A stretch of DNA of 64,000 nucleotides from Fibrobacterales bacterium (GTDB lineage Bacteria; Fibrobacterota; Fibrobacteria; Fibrobacterales; JAOPTW01). Where the stretch lies: NCBI GenBank assembly GCA_051532035.1, contig JAOPTW010000006.1:64001-128000 (forward strand). The letters are read 5' to 3'. Position 1 is the first letter of the stretch. Every line of letters starts with the position of its first letter. The translations under genes were made by a program, and so were the position numbers. Of this stretch, positions 11,125 through 20,634 are shown piece after piece. Below the pieces are notes generated by a model. That model searched no databases. It was given only the letters and a program-made list of their open reading frames with translations, and was not told the DNA's origin.

Positions 11125-12588
11125 TTAAAACTTTTTGCGCATGCGAGCAGGCAAAATATTGAGCTGTTCTCGATATTTTGCAACCGTTCTTCGGGCAACT
11201 TCTATACCCTTCACTTTAAGGGCTTCGACAATTTTCTGATCACTCAAAGGTTTTTTAGGATCTTCATTTTCAATGGTGTCCTTGATCGACCCTTTGGTCC
11301 GTTCTGCAGAGACCTCCGACCCATCTTTCTGGGTCACACTCGATGTAAAAAACTTTTTTAGTTCAAATATCCCCATGTCGGTCTGTACATATTTACCGTT
11401 TGTCACTCGGTTTACAGTTGAGATATGCATCTCAATTTTATCAGCGATATCTTGAAGGATAAGAGGCTTAAGAAATGATGGCCCTTTAAAAAAGAACTCG
11501 TGTTGCACCTCGACAATTGCCTGAGTCACTTTGAGAATAGTCGACTTTCTTTGGTCAATACTCCGCATGAGCCAATTTGCAGAATTGAGCTTCTGCTTTA
11601 CAAACTGCTTCTCTTCCCCTTTAAGCTTGCTGCCCTTTTGAAGAATAGAGCTATAAGCTTTAGAAATACGCAAATTTGGTACGCTTTTATCATTGAGGTA
11701 TACCATCAATTTCCCCTCAACATTTTCTACAGCTACATCGGGAATTACTGTTGCACTCCCACCATCGCCAATTGCTTGCCCAGGCTTTGGATTGAGTCGT
11801 GCAATATCACCGAGAGCTTTTTGAATCTCTGACGTCGAGGTATCATATTTTTTCGCAAGATTAGAGACCTGCAATTTTTGCAGCATCCCATAACTCTCTT
11901 CGATAATTTTTATACTGAATATCGAATCAAAAACTTCTTTACGCGCCTGAAGTAACAAACACTCCTGTACTGAGGTTGCCCCAACTCCTGTCGGAGTGAA
12001 AGATTGCAATACATGAAATGCTTCACGCACATCATTGCTCACCTCAAATAAACTCTTCTCACCACTAATAACCGACTCTATCTCACCATAAGAGATGTTA
12101 CTCGGAGCAGGTATATCTTCGCCAAGCTCACGGATGAGTAACCCATCTGCATTAAGACTATATATCAGATATTCAACCAAGTCGGTCAATTCTGTAGATA
12201 GCTTACGATCTTCGAGCTGTCCCATCAGATAGTCTTCAAGGTTTTCCGAATAGACAATAGGACGTTCATACTGTTCATTTGGGTCGGGGCGTGAGTCCAT
12301 AGACTGCATGCCATAATCAAAGCCATCGTTCAGATATTCATCCCAATCGATCTCTTCTTTGGCCTCTTGAATCTCTTCAAGCTCACTCTCTTTAGTCTCG
12401 GTAGCCTCTTCTTTTACATCCTCGACTTCACTTTCAATTTCAAGTATAGGGTTTACTTCCAACTCTTGTTGTACCATGAGTTCTAACTCTTGAGAGGTCA
12501 CCTGAAGTAACTTCAAAGATTGAATCATCTGGGGCGAGAGTTTCTGCTCCAGTTTTGCACTTATATTAAGTTGTAATCCTAAATCCAT
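11125..12588 (-). CDS. rpoN: RNA polymerase sigma-54 factor
   Basis: Q/L-rich region I, PTGVGA, HISTVNR, RpoN box ARRTVAKYRE. Confidence 0.97.
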   Translation of the reverse strand: MDLGLQLNISAKLEQKLSPQMIQSLKLLQVTSQELELMVQQELEVNPILEIESEVEDVKEEATETKESELEEIQEAKEEIDWDEYLNDGFDYGMQSMDSRPDPNEQYERPIVYSENLEDYLMGQLEDRKLSTELTDLVEYLIYSLNADGLLIRELGEDIPAPSNISYGEIESVISGEKSLFEVSNDVREAFHVLQSFTPTGVGATSVQECLLLQARKEVFDSIFSIKIIEESYGMLQKLQVSNLAKKYDTSTSEIQKALGDIARLNPKPGQAIGDGGSATVIPDVAVENVEGKLMVYLNDKSVPNLRISKAYSSILQKGSKLKGEEKQFVKQKLNSANWLMRSIDQRKSTILKVTQAIVEVQHEFFFKGPSFLKPLILQDIADKIEMHISTVNRVTNGKYVQTDMGIFELKKFFTSSVTQKDGSEVSAERTKGSIKDTIENEDPKKPLSDQKIVEALKVKGIEVARRTVAKYREQLNILPARMRKKF

Positions 12589-12597
12589 AGTTCTCTC

Positions 12598-13335
12598 TTA
12601 TAAACTAAATGATTGGCCAAGATAAATTCGCTTAGCATCTTCATCATTAGCAAGATGATCTGCAGTACCTTCAATAAGCACTCGCCCTTGAAACATTATA
12701 TAAGCTCTATCTGTAATAGCCAATGTCTCTCTCACACTGTGATCAGTTATGAGAATACCCATGTTGTCATTTTTTAATTTTGAAATAATAGACTGAATAT
12801 CTTCAACCGCAATAGGATCAATACCTGCAAAGGGCTCATCCAACAATAAAAAATCGGGTTCCGATGCAAGAGCTCGTGCAATTTCGAGACGACGGCGCTC
12901 ACCACCAGAGAGAGAGTAGGCTTTACTCTTTCGTAATCGAGTGATTTTAAAATCTTCGAGTAAAAACTCGAGACGCTCTTTACGCTCTTTTTTATTCTTC
13001 TTCATAGTTTGGAGAATAGCCATGATATTATCTTCTACGGAGAGCTTTCGAAAGATTGATGCTTCTTGTGGAAGATAGCCAAGCCCCAAACGAGCCCGCT
13101 TATACATTGGAATTTTGGTGACATCGTGATCATCAAGATACACCACGCCGCCTGACGGTTTAACCATTCCTGCCATCATATAAAAACTCGTTGTCTTACC
13201 GGCACCATTAGGCCCCAGTAACCCCACAACTTCACCTTGGGTAACTCGAATAGAGACCCCATCCACCACCTTACGATCACCATACACTTTTATGAGGTGC
13301 TCTGTGCGAATTGTTCTTCCTAAATTCTCTACCAT
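12598..13335 (-). CDS. lptB: LPS export ABC ATPase LptB
   Basis: [38 protein letters not shown]; lies upstream of rpoN. Confidence 0.95.
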   Translation of the reverse strand: MVENLGRTIRTEHLIKVYGDRKVVDGVSIRVTQGEVVGLLGPNGAGKTTSFYMMAGMVKPSGGVVYLDDHDVTKIPMYKRARLGLGYLPQEASIFRKLSVEDNIMAILQTMKKNKKERKERLEFLLEDFKITRLRKSKAYSLSGGERRRLEIARALASEPDFLLLDEPFAGIDPIAVEDIQSIISKLKNDNMGILITDHSVRETLAITDRAYIMFQGRVLIEGTADHLANDEDAKRIYLGQSFSL

Positions 13336-13371
13336 ATATTCCAACTTTATATCAGGCAGCAATGAACTGCC

Positions 13372-14547
13372 CTACTTAACTATTGAGTCCTTTGCCTCTA
13401 ACTCCGTACCAAGAGGTACTGGCGAAACCGCACTCTCTTTTTTCTCACCTGAGTAAATTCCTTGAGACACATTACCTTTTAAAGTAAAACCACTTATTGC
13501 TCGGTTTTTAAAGTTAAGCCAGATCGTGTCACCCACGGCATCATTCTTACCTTCAAATTTCCCTTTCTCACTAAAATAGTGATAGAGAGTGCTCGCCTGT
13601 TCCCAAATTTTTATGGTATCAAGCATTCCTCGTTTCATAATCATCTTGAGAGCATTGCCCTTCATTTTATTAATATATTCGGGACGATCGTCTCTATAAT
13701 TTTTACTCTCAGCACTCCCGATAACCTCAAGATTACTAATGTACGAATTTTCAAATTCAACAATAAGTGAATCTCCCACAATTTCAGAGATATCATAAGA
13801 ACCACTCACACTTTTATCTCTCTTTAATCCCTTGGCTCCCTGAACTACCTCTATCCGTCGAATGGTATCCTTGTCCATAAAAATTCTCATAAGAGAACCT
13901 TCAATCTCAAACTGTTCAATTATCGCCTTTGGAGAACCTTTCAACGTAAGTTCACCCTTCTCAATATTATAAATTGCGGTATCACATGAAATAGACATCT
14001 TCTCTTGGGTAACGGTCACCCCATGTATTGCATGAGCCACTTGGAGAGAATCATTAAATTCAAGTAATTCGGCTTTAATCTCTAGAGTATCATCTTTACC
14101 CTCATCACCCGGTAACAGGCGGCGAATCATTGGATTTATTCTTACTTGAGTAAGCTTTTTATCTTGATAATAGTCAAGCTCACCTCCATAGAGAAACAGT
14201 GATGATGCCGAATCTCGTGCAACAACATTTCCTTTTGCATTTACTCTATTATCGGCCTTTTGGTAAAAGCCACTTTTCGCCGTGAGTTGCCCTTTAGGGT
14301 GACGAAATCGAAACCCTCCATCACAGTAGAGAGCATCTTTCTTACTATCCCAAGTTGCAGATTCAGTATAAAACCGAGCATCTCCTCGTTTAAATCTAAT
14401 GCCTCCCTCTAGAAGATAACTTCCAGAACTACCAGAACCTCGAAAGTTATCTGCATGTTCCATAATAAGGGGTTCTACTGCAAAACCTATTTCGCAGACT
14501 ATAAAGAGAACCAAAAAAGAGAGTGTGTACCAATTCACGTGTTTCAT
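13372..14547 (-). CDS. lptA: LptA/OstA-like periplasmic LPS transport protein (long form)
   Basis: Signal peptide, repeated beta-jellyroll-like segments, position between lptC and lptB. Confidence 0.75.
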   Translation of the reverse strand: MKHVNWYTLSFLVLFIVCEIGFAVEPLIMEHADNFRGSGSSGSYLLEGGIRFKRGDARFYTESATWDSKKDALYCDGGFRFRHPKGQLTAKSGFYQKADNRVNAKGNVVARDSASSLFLYGGELDYYQDKKLTQVRINPMIRRLLPGDEGKDDTLEIKAELLEFNDSLQVAHAIHGVTVTQEKMSISCDTAIYNIEKGELTLKGSPKAIIEQFEIEGSLMRIFMDKDTIRRIEVVQGAKGLKRDKSVSGSYDISEIVGDSLIVEFENSYISNLEVIGSAESKNYRDDRPEYINKMKGNALKMIMKRGMLDTIKIWEQASTLYHYFSEKGKFEGKNDAVGDTIWLNFKNRAISGFTLKGNVSQGIYSGEKKESAVSPVPLGTELEAKDSIVK

Positions 14548-14644
14548 ACGCTTAAAATAAAAATTTCCTATGGAAAATACCTCAATTCACTATTAATTGG
14601 TATGAATTTTGCTTTATTTCATAAAATTCGATCTGATTTTTGGA

Positions 14645-15235
14645 TTATTTCGCTGAAGGTGGAAGAGTATCACTCCCTTCTACCGCCTCTAAGCCATCGT
14701 CTACATTCTGTAATATTGCAGTAACCCCCGATAGAATGCGCCAATCTTTTAAATCGACATCAGAGATAAATCCCGTACCAGTGAGCACATCACCATCTTC
14801 CGAAATGACCCGCACACGACTATCAGTCGTAATACGATTTGAACGTTTATCCCATGTTAGGGAATCGGCCTTGATAGAAGCCCCTTGTTGAGTCTTAAGG
14901 AACACATCACCTTTTGCTACAATAAAAGTGAGATTATTATCAATGGTACCCGAATCTGCCTGAACCACCCCTGTTTCAACTCCAAGTGAGTCAAATATGA
15001 CCACATTTATTGGGCGTGCAAATATTTTTTCATCACCACTCCATCGCTCGAGATATTGGGTGCGTAACACCCAGAGTAATTTGTCTTTATCAAAATACTC
15101 CATTGTTGTTGTACTATCAAAAAGCATACTCGGGCGCGGTGTAATGGTTATTTTTTTCTCTTCATTGAGCTCTAATTTACTGCACGAAACAGTCATCATC
15201 GCCAAAAAAGCTACAATAATCCATAAAAGTTTCAT
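14645..15235 (-). CDS. lptC: LPS export protein LptC
   Basis: Lipobox-like VSC, ADSLTWD, TGTGF; first gene of lptCAB. Start at ATG 15235 with AAGGA RBS. Confidence 0.8.
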   Translation of the reverse strand: MKLLWIIVAFLAMMTVSCSKLELNEEKKITITPRPSMLFDSTTTMEYFDKDKLLWVLRTQYLERWSGDEKIFARPINVVIFDSLGVETGVVQADSGTIDNNLTFIVAKGDVFLKTQQGASIKADSLTWDKRSNRITTDSRVRVISEDGDVLTGTGFISDVDLKDWRILSGVTAILQNVDDGLEAVEGSDTLPPSAK

Positions 15236-15375
15236 AATTATCCTTACAAAAGAGCACAACCACCACAGGGGGCCCTAAATAAATGTAACAAATCAGCGCA
15301 TTTTGAGGTGTATTGACCATACTTTTACCTCAGCCCACTATTCCCCCATCATTTTCAGAAATAGTAACTTTTTAC

Positions 15376-15403
15376 TCAAGATTCTTTAAGGTCTGGTCGA
15401 TAT
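15376..15403 (+). promoter_or_regulatory. Possible sigma-28 (FliA/SigD)-type promoter
   Basis: TCAA-N16-GTCGATAT versus consensus TAAA-N15/16-GCCGATAW. Confidence 0.35.
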
Positions 15404-15506
15404 GATATGAGAAGGAATTGGTGTATTGTAAAAGGGCTAATTTCTTTCACATCATTTTTGGAGGACTCTTCCCCTTTGACTTCCGAATTTGATACTCTCC
15501 GATCAT

Positions 15507-15537
15507 AAGGCAAATATCCCTGATATTTGCCTTTTTT
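15507..15537 (+). terminator. Intrinsic terminator-like hairpin with no annotated upstream plus-strand gene
   Basis: AAGGCAAATATC-cct-GATATTTGCCTT followed by TTTT. Confidence 0.7.
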
Positions 15538-15586
15538 CTATCCCTTTTTTTTATAATTTGCACAGACACACTAGTGGAATACCTCT

Positions 15587-15889
15587 ATGGCCAACTCTAT
15601 ATTTGAGAAATTAAAAAATACAATCATTGAAGGTGCTACATTTTCGGCGGCCAAAGCTGAAGAAGCGGCCCGAAAAGGGAAGTTGCATCTCGATATTTTA
15701 ACTGAAAAACGCAAATTAGCCACGACCTTTGAAAAGCTTGGCAAAATAACTGTCTCAGCCATTGAAGACAATACTCTTGATTCTCTTAAAGAAGATGTTG
15801 ATTCTATTGCTATCCTCGGCGAAATCAAAGTGTTACAAGATAAAATAACTGAACTTACCACAGTTCACGAAGAACCAAAAAGCGAATAA
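15587..15889 (+). CDS. Hypothetical coiled-coil protein
   Basis: ORF with upstream GGA; overlaps the start of the M23 gene (TAATG). Confidence 0.7.
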   Translation: MANSIFEKLKNTIIEGATFSAAKAEEAARKGKLHLDILTEKRKLATTFEKLGKITVSAIEDNTLDSLKEDVDSIAILGEIKVLQDKITELTTVHEEPKSE

Positions 15890-16749
15890 TGAAAAAAATA
15901 GACCTTGAGGTGTATCCCACCAACAATAGCAATGAAAAATTTCAACCAAAATACTTTGAAATTACCGCCACACGTATTGGTGTCGTGCTCATCCTCATAG
16001 GACTCTCAGTTTCTGGTTTTCTCTTTTTCGACTACGAAACAATCTACAACAATCTCTTTAGCCCACAACTTGAAGCTATTAAAGCAAATAATGCACGACT
16101 TGAAGCAACCCTTGTCGAGACAACAGAACAACTCAATGTTGTAAAACAGAATGTATACTCAATAAAAAAAATCAACCAGAAAGTGACGGCACTTGCTGGA
16201 AAAGACTCTCTCACCACCCTTATTAATGGAGAAGGCCTGGACTCTCTCGAGCTCCCTAAACTCCACTATCAAATATTCAATTTAAAACACTCTTACCACA
16301 CAACGGACTCTCTTTTCAAGAGAAACCCAAACTGGAGAGCTTCTATACCCGTCATTCACCCACTTAAAAAGAACTTTTCTATCTCTAACTATTTTGCCAA
16401 TAACCTTGACCCCTTTACAGGTAAACACATGCCACACCTTGGTATTGACTATGTGAGTTCTCTTAAAGATATCGTTATTGCGACAGGGGGCGGCACCATA
16501 GCAGAGTCTGATAAAAATGACCTCTTTGGCCATTATGTTTTAATCCACCACTATGGTACTATTTATAGTTTTTATGCACACCTTAATCAACGTTCGGTGC
16601 GCCAAGGCAACCGTGTCAAACGTGGAGATACTATTGGTCGTTTAGGGAACAGTGGGCGTTCATCAGGGCCTCACCTTCATTATGAAGTGAGAATTGGGAA
16701 ACAGCGCGTCAATCCATTGAACTACATTTTATCCGACCTTCCTAATTAA
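15889..16749 (+). CDS. M23 family metallopeptidase
   Basis: TM helix, coiled coil, HLGID and GPHLHYE zinc motifs. Confidence 0.9.
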   Translation: MKKIDLEVYPTNNSNEKFQPKYFEITATRIGVVLILIGLSVSGFLFFDYETIYNNLFSPQLEAIKANNARLEATLVETTEQLNVVKQNVYSIKKINQKVTALAGKDSLTTLINGEGLDSLELPKLHYQIFNLKHSYHTTDSLFKRNPNWRASIPVIHPLKKNFSISNYFANNLDPFTGKHMPHLGIDYVSSLKDIVIATGGGTIAESDKNDLFGHYVLIHHYGTIYSFYAHLNQRSVRQGNRVKRGDTIGRLGNSGRSSGPHLHYEVRIGKQRVNPLNYILSDLPN

Positions 16750-16885
16750 CAGCAGTTATTCAGCGATACATCATCAAAGAGTTAGGTCCTATATATTACC
16801 TCTATTCTTAAGAAGAATGAGTGCTCCCCACACTATGCCACTATGTGTGTCGTAATAGAATGCCATTAATTTGACTATAATTTAT

Positions 16886-17248
16886 CTATGGTAAAAACGA
16901 GCGAACTTTACTGAGAAATTCTTTTCGGAAAAAAGGTTTTGAAATATACCCATCCATTCCTTGTGAAAGAATTTTCTCTTTATCGCCTTTCATTGCCAAT
17001 GCAGTGAGTGCAACAATTTTGATATGACCCATTTCAGGGTCCTCTTTGACAAGTCGCGCCGCTGTAAGACCATCCATTTTTGGAAGTTGCAGATCCATAA
17101 GAATAAGGTCAGGCTTCTCTTTTTTGGCTATTTGAATACCAATAGGAGCTTCTTCTGCACCAAATACCTCATGCTTTTCAGTCTCTAATATAAGGCGTGC
17201 CAATGCGAGATTATCTTGATTGTCTTCTATAATTAAGATTTTTGCCAT
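16886..17248 (-). CDS. Single-domain response regulator (DivK/CheY-like)
   Basis: ILIIEDN, LILMDLQLP, ALTA, ISKP; start at ATG 17248. Confidence 0.9.
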   Translation of the reverse strand: MAKILIIEDNQDNLALARLILETEKHEVFGAEEAPIGIQIAKKEKPDLILMDLQLPKMDGLTAARLVKEDPEMGHIKIVALTALAMKGDKEKILSQGMDGYISKPFFRKEFLSKVRSFLP

Positions 17249-17279
17249 AATGTAGAACAGGTACCTTGGTACAGTGATA

Positions 17280-17642
17280 CTATTGCAGTATCCCTTCAAC
17301 CGTTTTTAAAAACTCTTTGTAGCGAATAGGTTTCGCAACATATCCATCACACCCACAGTTTATGCTCTTTTCCAAATCACCGTGCACTGCATAAGCAGTA
17401 ATTGCAATAATCTTGATATGACTTGTTTTAGGGTCATTTTTTAGAATTTGAGTCGCCTCTTTACCACTCATTTCCGGAAGCTGAATATCCATAAGAATGA
17501 GATCAGGCTGTTCATCTTGTGCCAAAATAATACCCTGCTCAGCATACGTTGCCTGACGTACTTCATACCCACTTTTAGTCAGTATCAGCGTAACCATTTT
17601 CATGTTATGCGGATTATCTTCAATGACTAATATTTTTTTCAT
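17280..17642 (-). CDS. Single-domain response regulator (DivK/CheY-like)
   Basis: ILVIEDN, LILMDIQLP, AITA, VAKP. Confidence 0.9.
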   Translation of the reverse strand: MKKILVIEDNPHNMKMVTLILTKSGYEVRQATYAEQGIILAQDEQPDLILMDIQLPEMSGKEATQILKNDPKTSHIKIIAITAYAVHGDLEKSINCGCDGYVAKPIRYKEFLKTVEGILQ

Positions 17643-17832
17643 AAGCGCTCAATCACAAGTGGGGCGGGTTCCAAAACAGTGTACTATAATATTGTATATT
17701 TAACAATATTATAGAGATAAACTCCCCTTTTTTTAGCCTTTTCCCCATTTCATGCCCCCAAAAGGTTCTGAAAATGACTTCAGAAAAGGAGTATTACATA
17801 GGACAAAGCCTAAAAACTATAGGGGTATATAT

Positions 17833-17864
17833 AAAAAGCACAAGGAATTCACCTTATGCTTTTT
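17833..17864 (-). terminator. Intrinsic terminator after trmH-like gene
   Basis: AAAAAGCACAAGG-aattca-CCTTATGCTTTTT. Confidence 0.6.
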
Positions 17865-17899
17865 GATCATTACTTCTTTCGATACTCTTTAGGTTGCCG

Positions 17900-18922
17900 C
17901 TATTTGCTTCTCATTTCGAAGAGCTGTGCTGCAACAATACCGTGAGCAACTGCAACATTGAGAGACTCAAGTTCATTTGCCATTGGAATTTTGATTGTCT
18001 GATCCGCCATATCCATATAGCGTGAATCAGCACCCGCACCCTCATTTCCTACTAAAAATGCCACTTTTTTACGAAGTTTTGCAGTCGCTAAAGTGTTTTT
18101 AGAGTGAGGTGAAGTTGCGATAATCGTAAACCCTTTACTTCTGAGAAACGAGATTCTTTCTGCAAGGTCAACACGACTCTCAAACGGAAGTCTGAGAAAT
18201 GTTCCTGAAGAGCCACGCACTACTTTTGAATTAAAAGCATCAACAGTGCCTTTACCCATAATTATTGAATCCATTCCAAAACCGAGAGAGGTACGGAAAA
18301 TACCACCCAGATTACCTGGATCTTGTACCGCATCAACCAGCGTTACCAAACGCGCTGAATCGTAATTAGGCTTTAATACCGACATGTAGCAGATAGCAAG
18401 AATACCCTGAGTCGTTTGAGTTCCACAGATATATTCAAAATCACCTCGTGAAAATGGCTCCGCCTCAAATCCTTTTGATTCACAAAAAGCGAGGAGATCA
18501 TTATCATCAAACCCTTCCATCACTTTGACACTCTGTACCATTGCCGACGAATGACGTACAACCTCTTCTACACAGGTCGCTCCTTCAACAATAAAGCGAC
18601 TCTCTTTTTGACGTCCTTTATCCGTATGAAGTGAACGAAGTGTTTTAAGCCATGCTGGAGCTTCTACTTTCCCACCTTTAGTCTCATCTGATGATGCTTT
18701 AGAGACATCTTTAGAAAATCGTGGCTTGGGTGAAGTGTACATATCTGCACGAGGACCATCTTTACGAGGGCGAGGCTTTTTATCAGCTCTACCACCTTCT
18801 CGTTTTTTATCACCTCGATCAGGGCGCTCTTCTTTTTTATGCTCTGGCTCTTCACTTCTTCTTGAAAAGGGTGATACGCGCTCGCTATCGAATTTACCTT
18901 TGATTTTTCTTTGTTCGTCCAT
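17900..18922 (-). CDS. TrmH/SpoU family RNA methyltransferase with charged N-terminal extension
   Basis: VQDPGNLG, GNEGAG, ESLNVAVA SPOUT motifs. Confidence 0.9.
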   Translation of the reverse strand: MDEQRKIKGKFDSERVSPFSRRSEEPEHKKEERPDRGDKKREGGRADKKPRPRKDGPRADMYTSPKPRFSKDVSKASSDETKGGKVEAPAWLKTLRSLHTDKGRQKESRFIVEGATCVEEVVRHSSAMVQSVKVMEGFDDNDLLAFCESKGFEAEPFSRGDFEYICGTQTTQGILAICYMSVLKPNYDSARLVTLVDAVQDPGNLGGIFRTSLGFGMDSIIMGKGTVDAFNSKVVRGSSGTFLRLPFESRVDLAERISFLRSKGFTIIATSPHSKNTLATAKLRKKVAFLVGNEGAGADSRYMDMADQTIKIPMANELESLNVAVAHGIVAAQLFEMRSK

Positions 18923-18930
18923 ATATTCCT

Positions 18931-19809
18931 CTAATAAACCCGTGTAATGATAAAGTCTGCTATATCTTTTAAAATCGTTTTATCGATTGAAAGCGCATCA
19001 AGGCATTCAATCGCTTTCGCATGATGTTCTTTTACTCTTTTTTTGGATTCGTCCATACCTAAAATTGCAGGGTAGGTCGCCTTCCCTTTTTCAATATCTG
19101 ATCCAACATCTTTCCCAAGCTGTTCTGTTGTCGACTCTATATCGAGTATATCATCTACAATCTGAAATGCAAGCCCAATGTGGTTTCCATATTCAAGAAG
19201 TGCTTTTTTATCACTTTCGCTTATCCCTGCAACCAAACCGCCACTCAAAATAGAGGCCTCGATCAGTGCAGCAGTTTTGTGATAATGAATATAATTGACG
19301 GTATCGAGGTCTACTTTTTTGCCCTCAGATTCAATATCAATAATTTGACCACCGATCATTCCAAAGGTGCCCAGGGCTTTAGCCATTACTGAAACCGTTT
19401 CGATATTACCCGTTTTGGCAAGAAGCTCAAAAGCGAGAATACAGAGAGCATCACCACTGAGTACTGCAGTGGCTTCATCATACTGTTTATGTGCGGTAGG
19501 TTTTCCACGACGGAAATCATCGTCGTCCATACAAGGGAGGTCATCATGAATAAGTGAGAAGGTGTGAAACATTTCGAGGGCACTGGTCACATAAAAGATA
19601 TCATTACCGGTACCACCACACGCTTCAAAAGCTGCATAAGCAAGCCCAGGGCGTAATCTTTTTCCGCCGGCAAACATCGAATATCGCATAGCATCATGCA
19701 ATCGTTTTGGGCGAATGCCACCTCCCGACATGTGCTCATCAAACTTTGCTTCGCATAGGGACCCCACACGTTTTAGATAGTCTAATGCTCTTTGAGCGCT
19801 CTCGTTCAT
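18931..19809 (-). CDS. ispA: Farnesyl/geranyl diphosphate synthase
   Basis: GGKRLRP, HDDLPCMDDDDFRRG, FQIVDDILD, GKDVGSD. Confidence 0.93.
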   Translation of the reverse strand: MNESAQRALDYLKRVGSLCEAKFDEHMSGGGIRPKRLHDAMRYSMFAGGKRLRPGLAYAAFEACGGTGNDIFYVTSALEMFHTFSLIHDDLPCMDDDDFRRGKPTAHKQYDEATAVLSGDALCILAFELLAKTGNIETVSVMAKALGTFGMIGGQIIDIESEGKKVDLDTVNYIHYHKTAALIEASILSGGLVAGISESDKKALLEYGNHIGLAFQIVDDILDIESTTEQLGKDVGSDIEKGKATYPAILGMDESKKRVKEHHAKAIECLDALSIDKTILKDIADFIITRVY

Positions 19810-20016
19810 ATATCAAACCTTTTTAATAGCCCCTGAATCGTTGAGATCAGGTATGGGAGGGTAAAGATAGGAAAAAGAGGAAAATTTTGGAGGGGGGGAT
19901 TTTCACTCATGAAAATGAATGTGACCGTCTCAAAGAGGAGAAAAATATAATTAATGCCTCAGAGGCTCTATTAGCCAATTTTCAGTAAAATAGTACGTTT
20001 TTTACACAATAAAAAA

Positions 20017-20171
20017 TGCCCGTGCGGTTCAAAATTTTGAATGTTTTTTCCAATTGATAGTGTGTCTCTTTCCATAAAGTCTTCCCATCTTATATGGCGG
20101 GCTTGATCGAACGGTCAGAAGGCTTACACTTTCATGCTGGGCATAAGACAAAATTTTGGGTTACACAGGCA
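20017..20171 (-). ncRNA. 6S-like RNA, copy 2 (about 155 nt)
   Basis: Closing stem TGCCTGTGT/GCACGGGCA plus CAAAATTTTG/CAAAATTTTG, unpaired central bubble, inner stems AGTGT/ACACT and AAGCCTTC/GAAGACTT, then a U6 tail. G-U pairs form only on the minus strand. Confidence 0.65.
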
Positions 20172-20178
20172 AAAAAAT

Positions 20179-20347
20179 CAAGCATATCGGCACATTAATT
20201 CTTCGAACTCTATGTTTCCTAAGGATTAGTGCTCGCGACCGGGTTGGATCTCCACTCTCCCAAAGGAAAGGTCATGATCTACTTGCAGCCGTATACGTAC
20301 ACTCTAACATATAGTGTTAGTCGAAAATTAATGTGCCAATATGCTTG
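20179..20347 (-). ncRNA. ssrS: 6S RNA (ssrS)-like, copy 1 (about 170 nt)
   Basis: Immediately after the zapA stop, a common ssrS position. 22-bp closing stem CAAGCATATTGGCACATTAATT/AATTAATGTGCCGATATGCTTG, central bubble, AGTGT/GCACT inner stem, U7 tail. Confidence 0.7.
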
Positions 20348-20626
20348 TTAATACTCACTTAACGTACTTACAATAGTATCTGTTTTTTCTTCAATATGCA
20401 AGCACAATCGTTCTTTTTCAGCAAGCTCCTTCTCTGTTCTTAATAGCTCTCCTGCGAGAGTCATTGCGACAATAGTCAATTGCTTTTTTCTGTCTAGAAT
20501 CTTAGAGGTCTCTTTAATCTTCTCCTCTACAACAGCAATAATTTCGCTTAACTCATTCGGGCGAACGTCTGTTTTTATCGGTATTTCTAAACCACCGATT
20601 ATAATAGTCTTTGATTCAACGCTCAA
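20348..20626 (-). CDS. zapA: Cell division protein ZapA
   Basis: Size, N-terminal beta segment, IVAMTLAGEL, C-terminal coiled coil; zapB-zapA-6S context. Confidence 0.75.
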   Translation of the reverse strand: MSVESKTIIIGGLEIPIKTDVRPNELSEIIAVVEEKIKETSKILDRKKQLTIVAMTLAGELLRTEKELAEKERLCLHIEEKTDTIVSTLSEY

Positions 20627-20634
20627 TCTATTAC

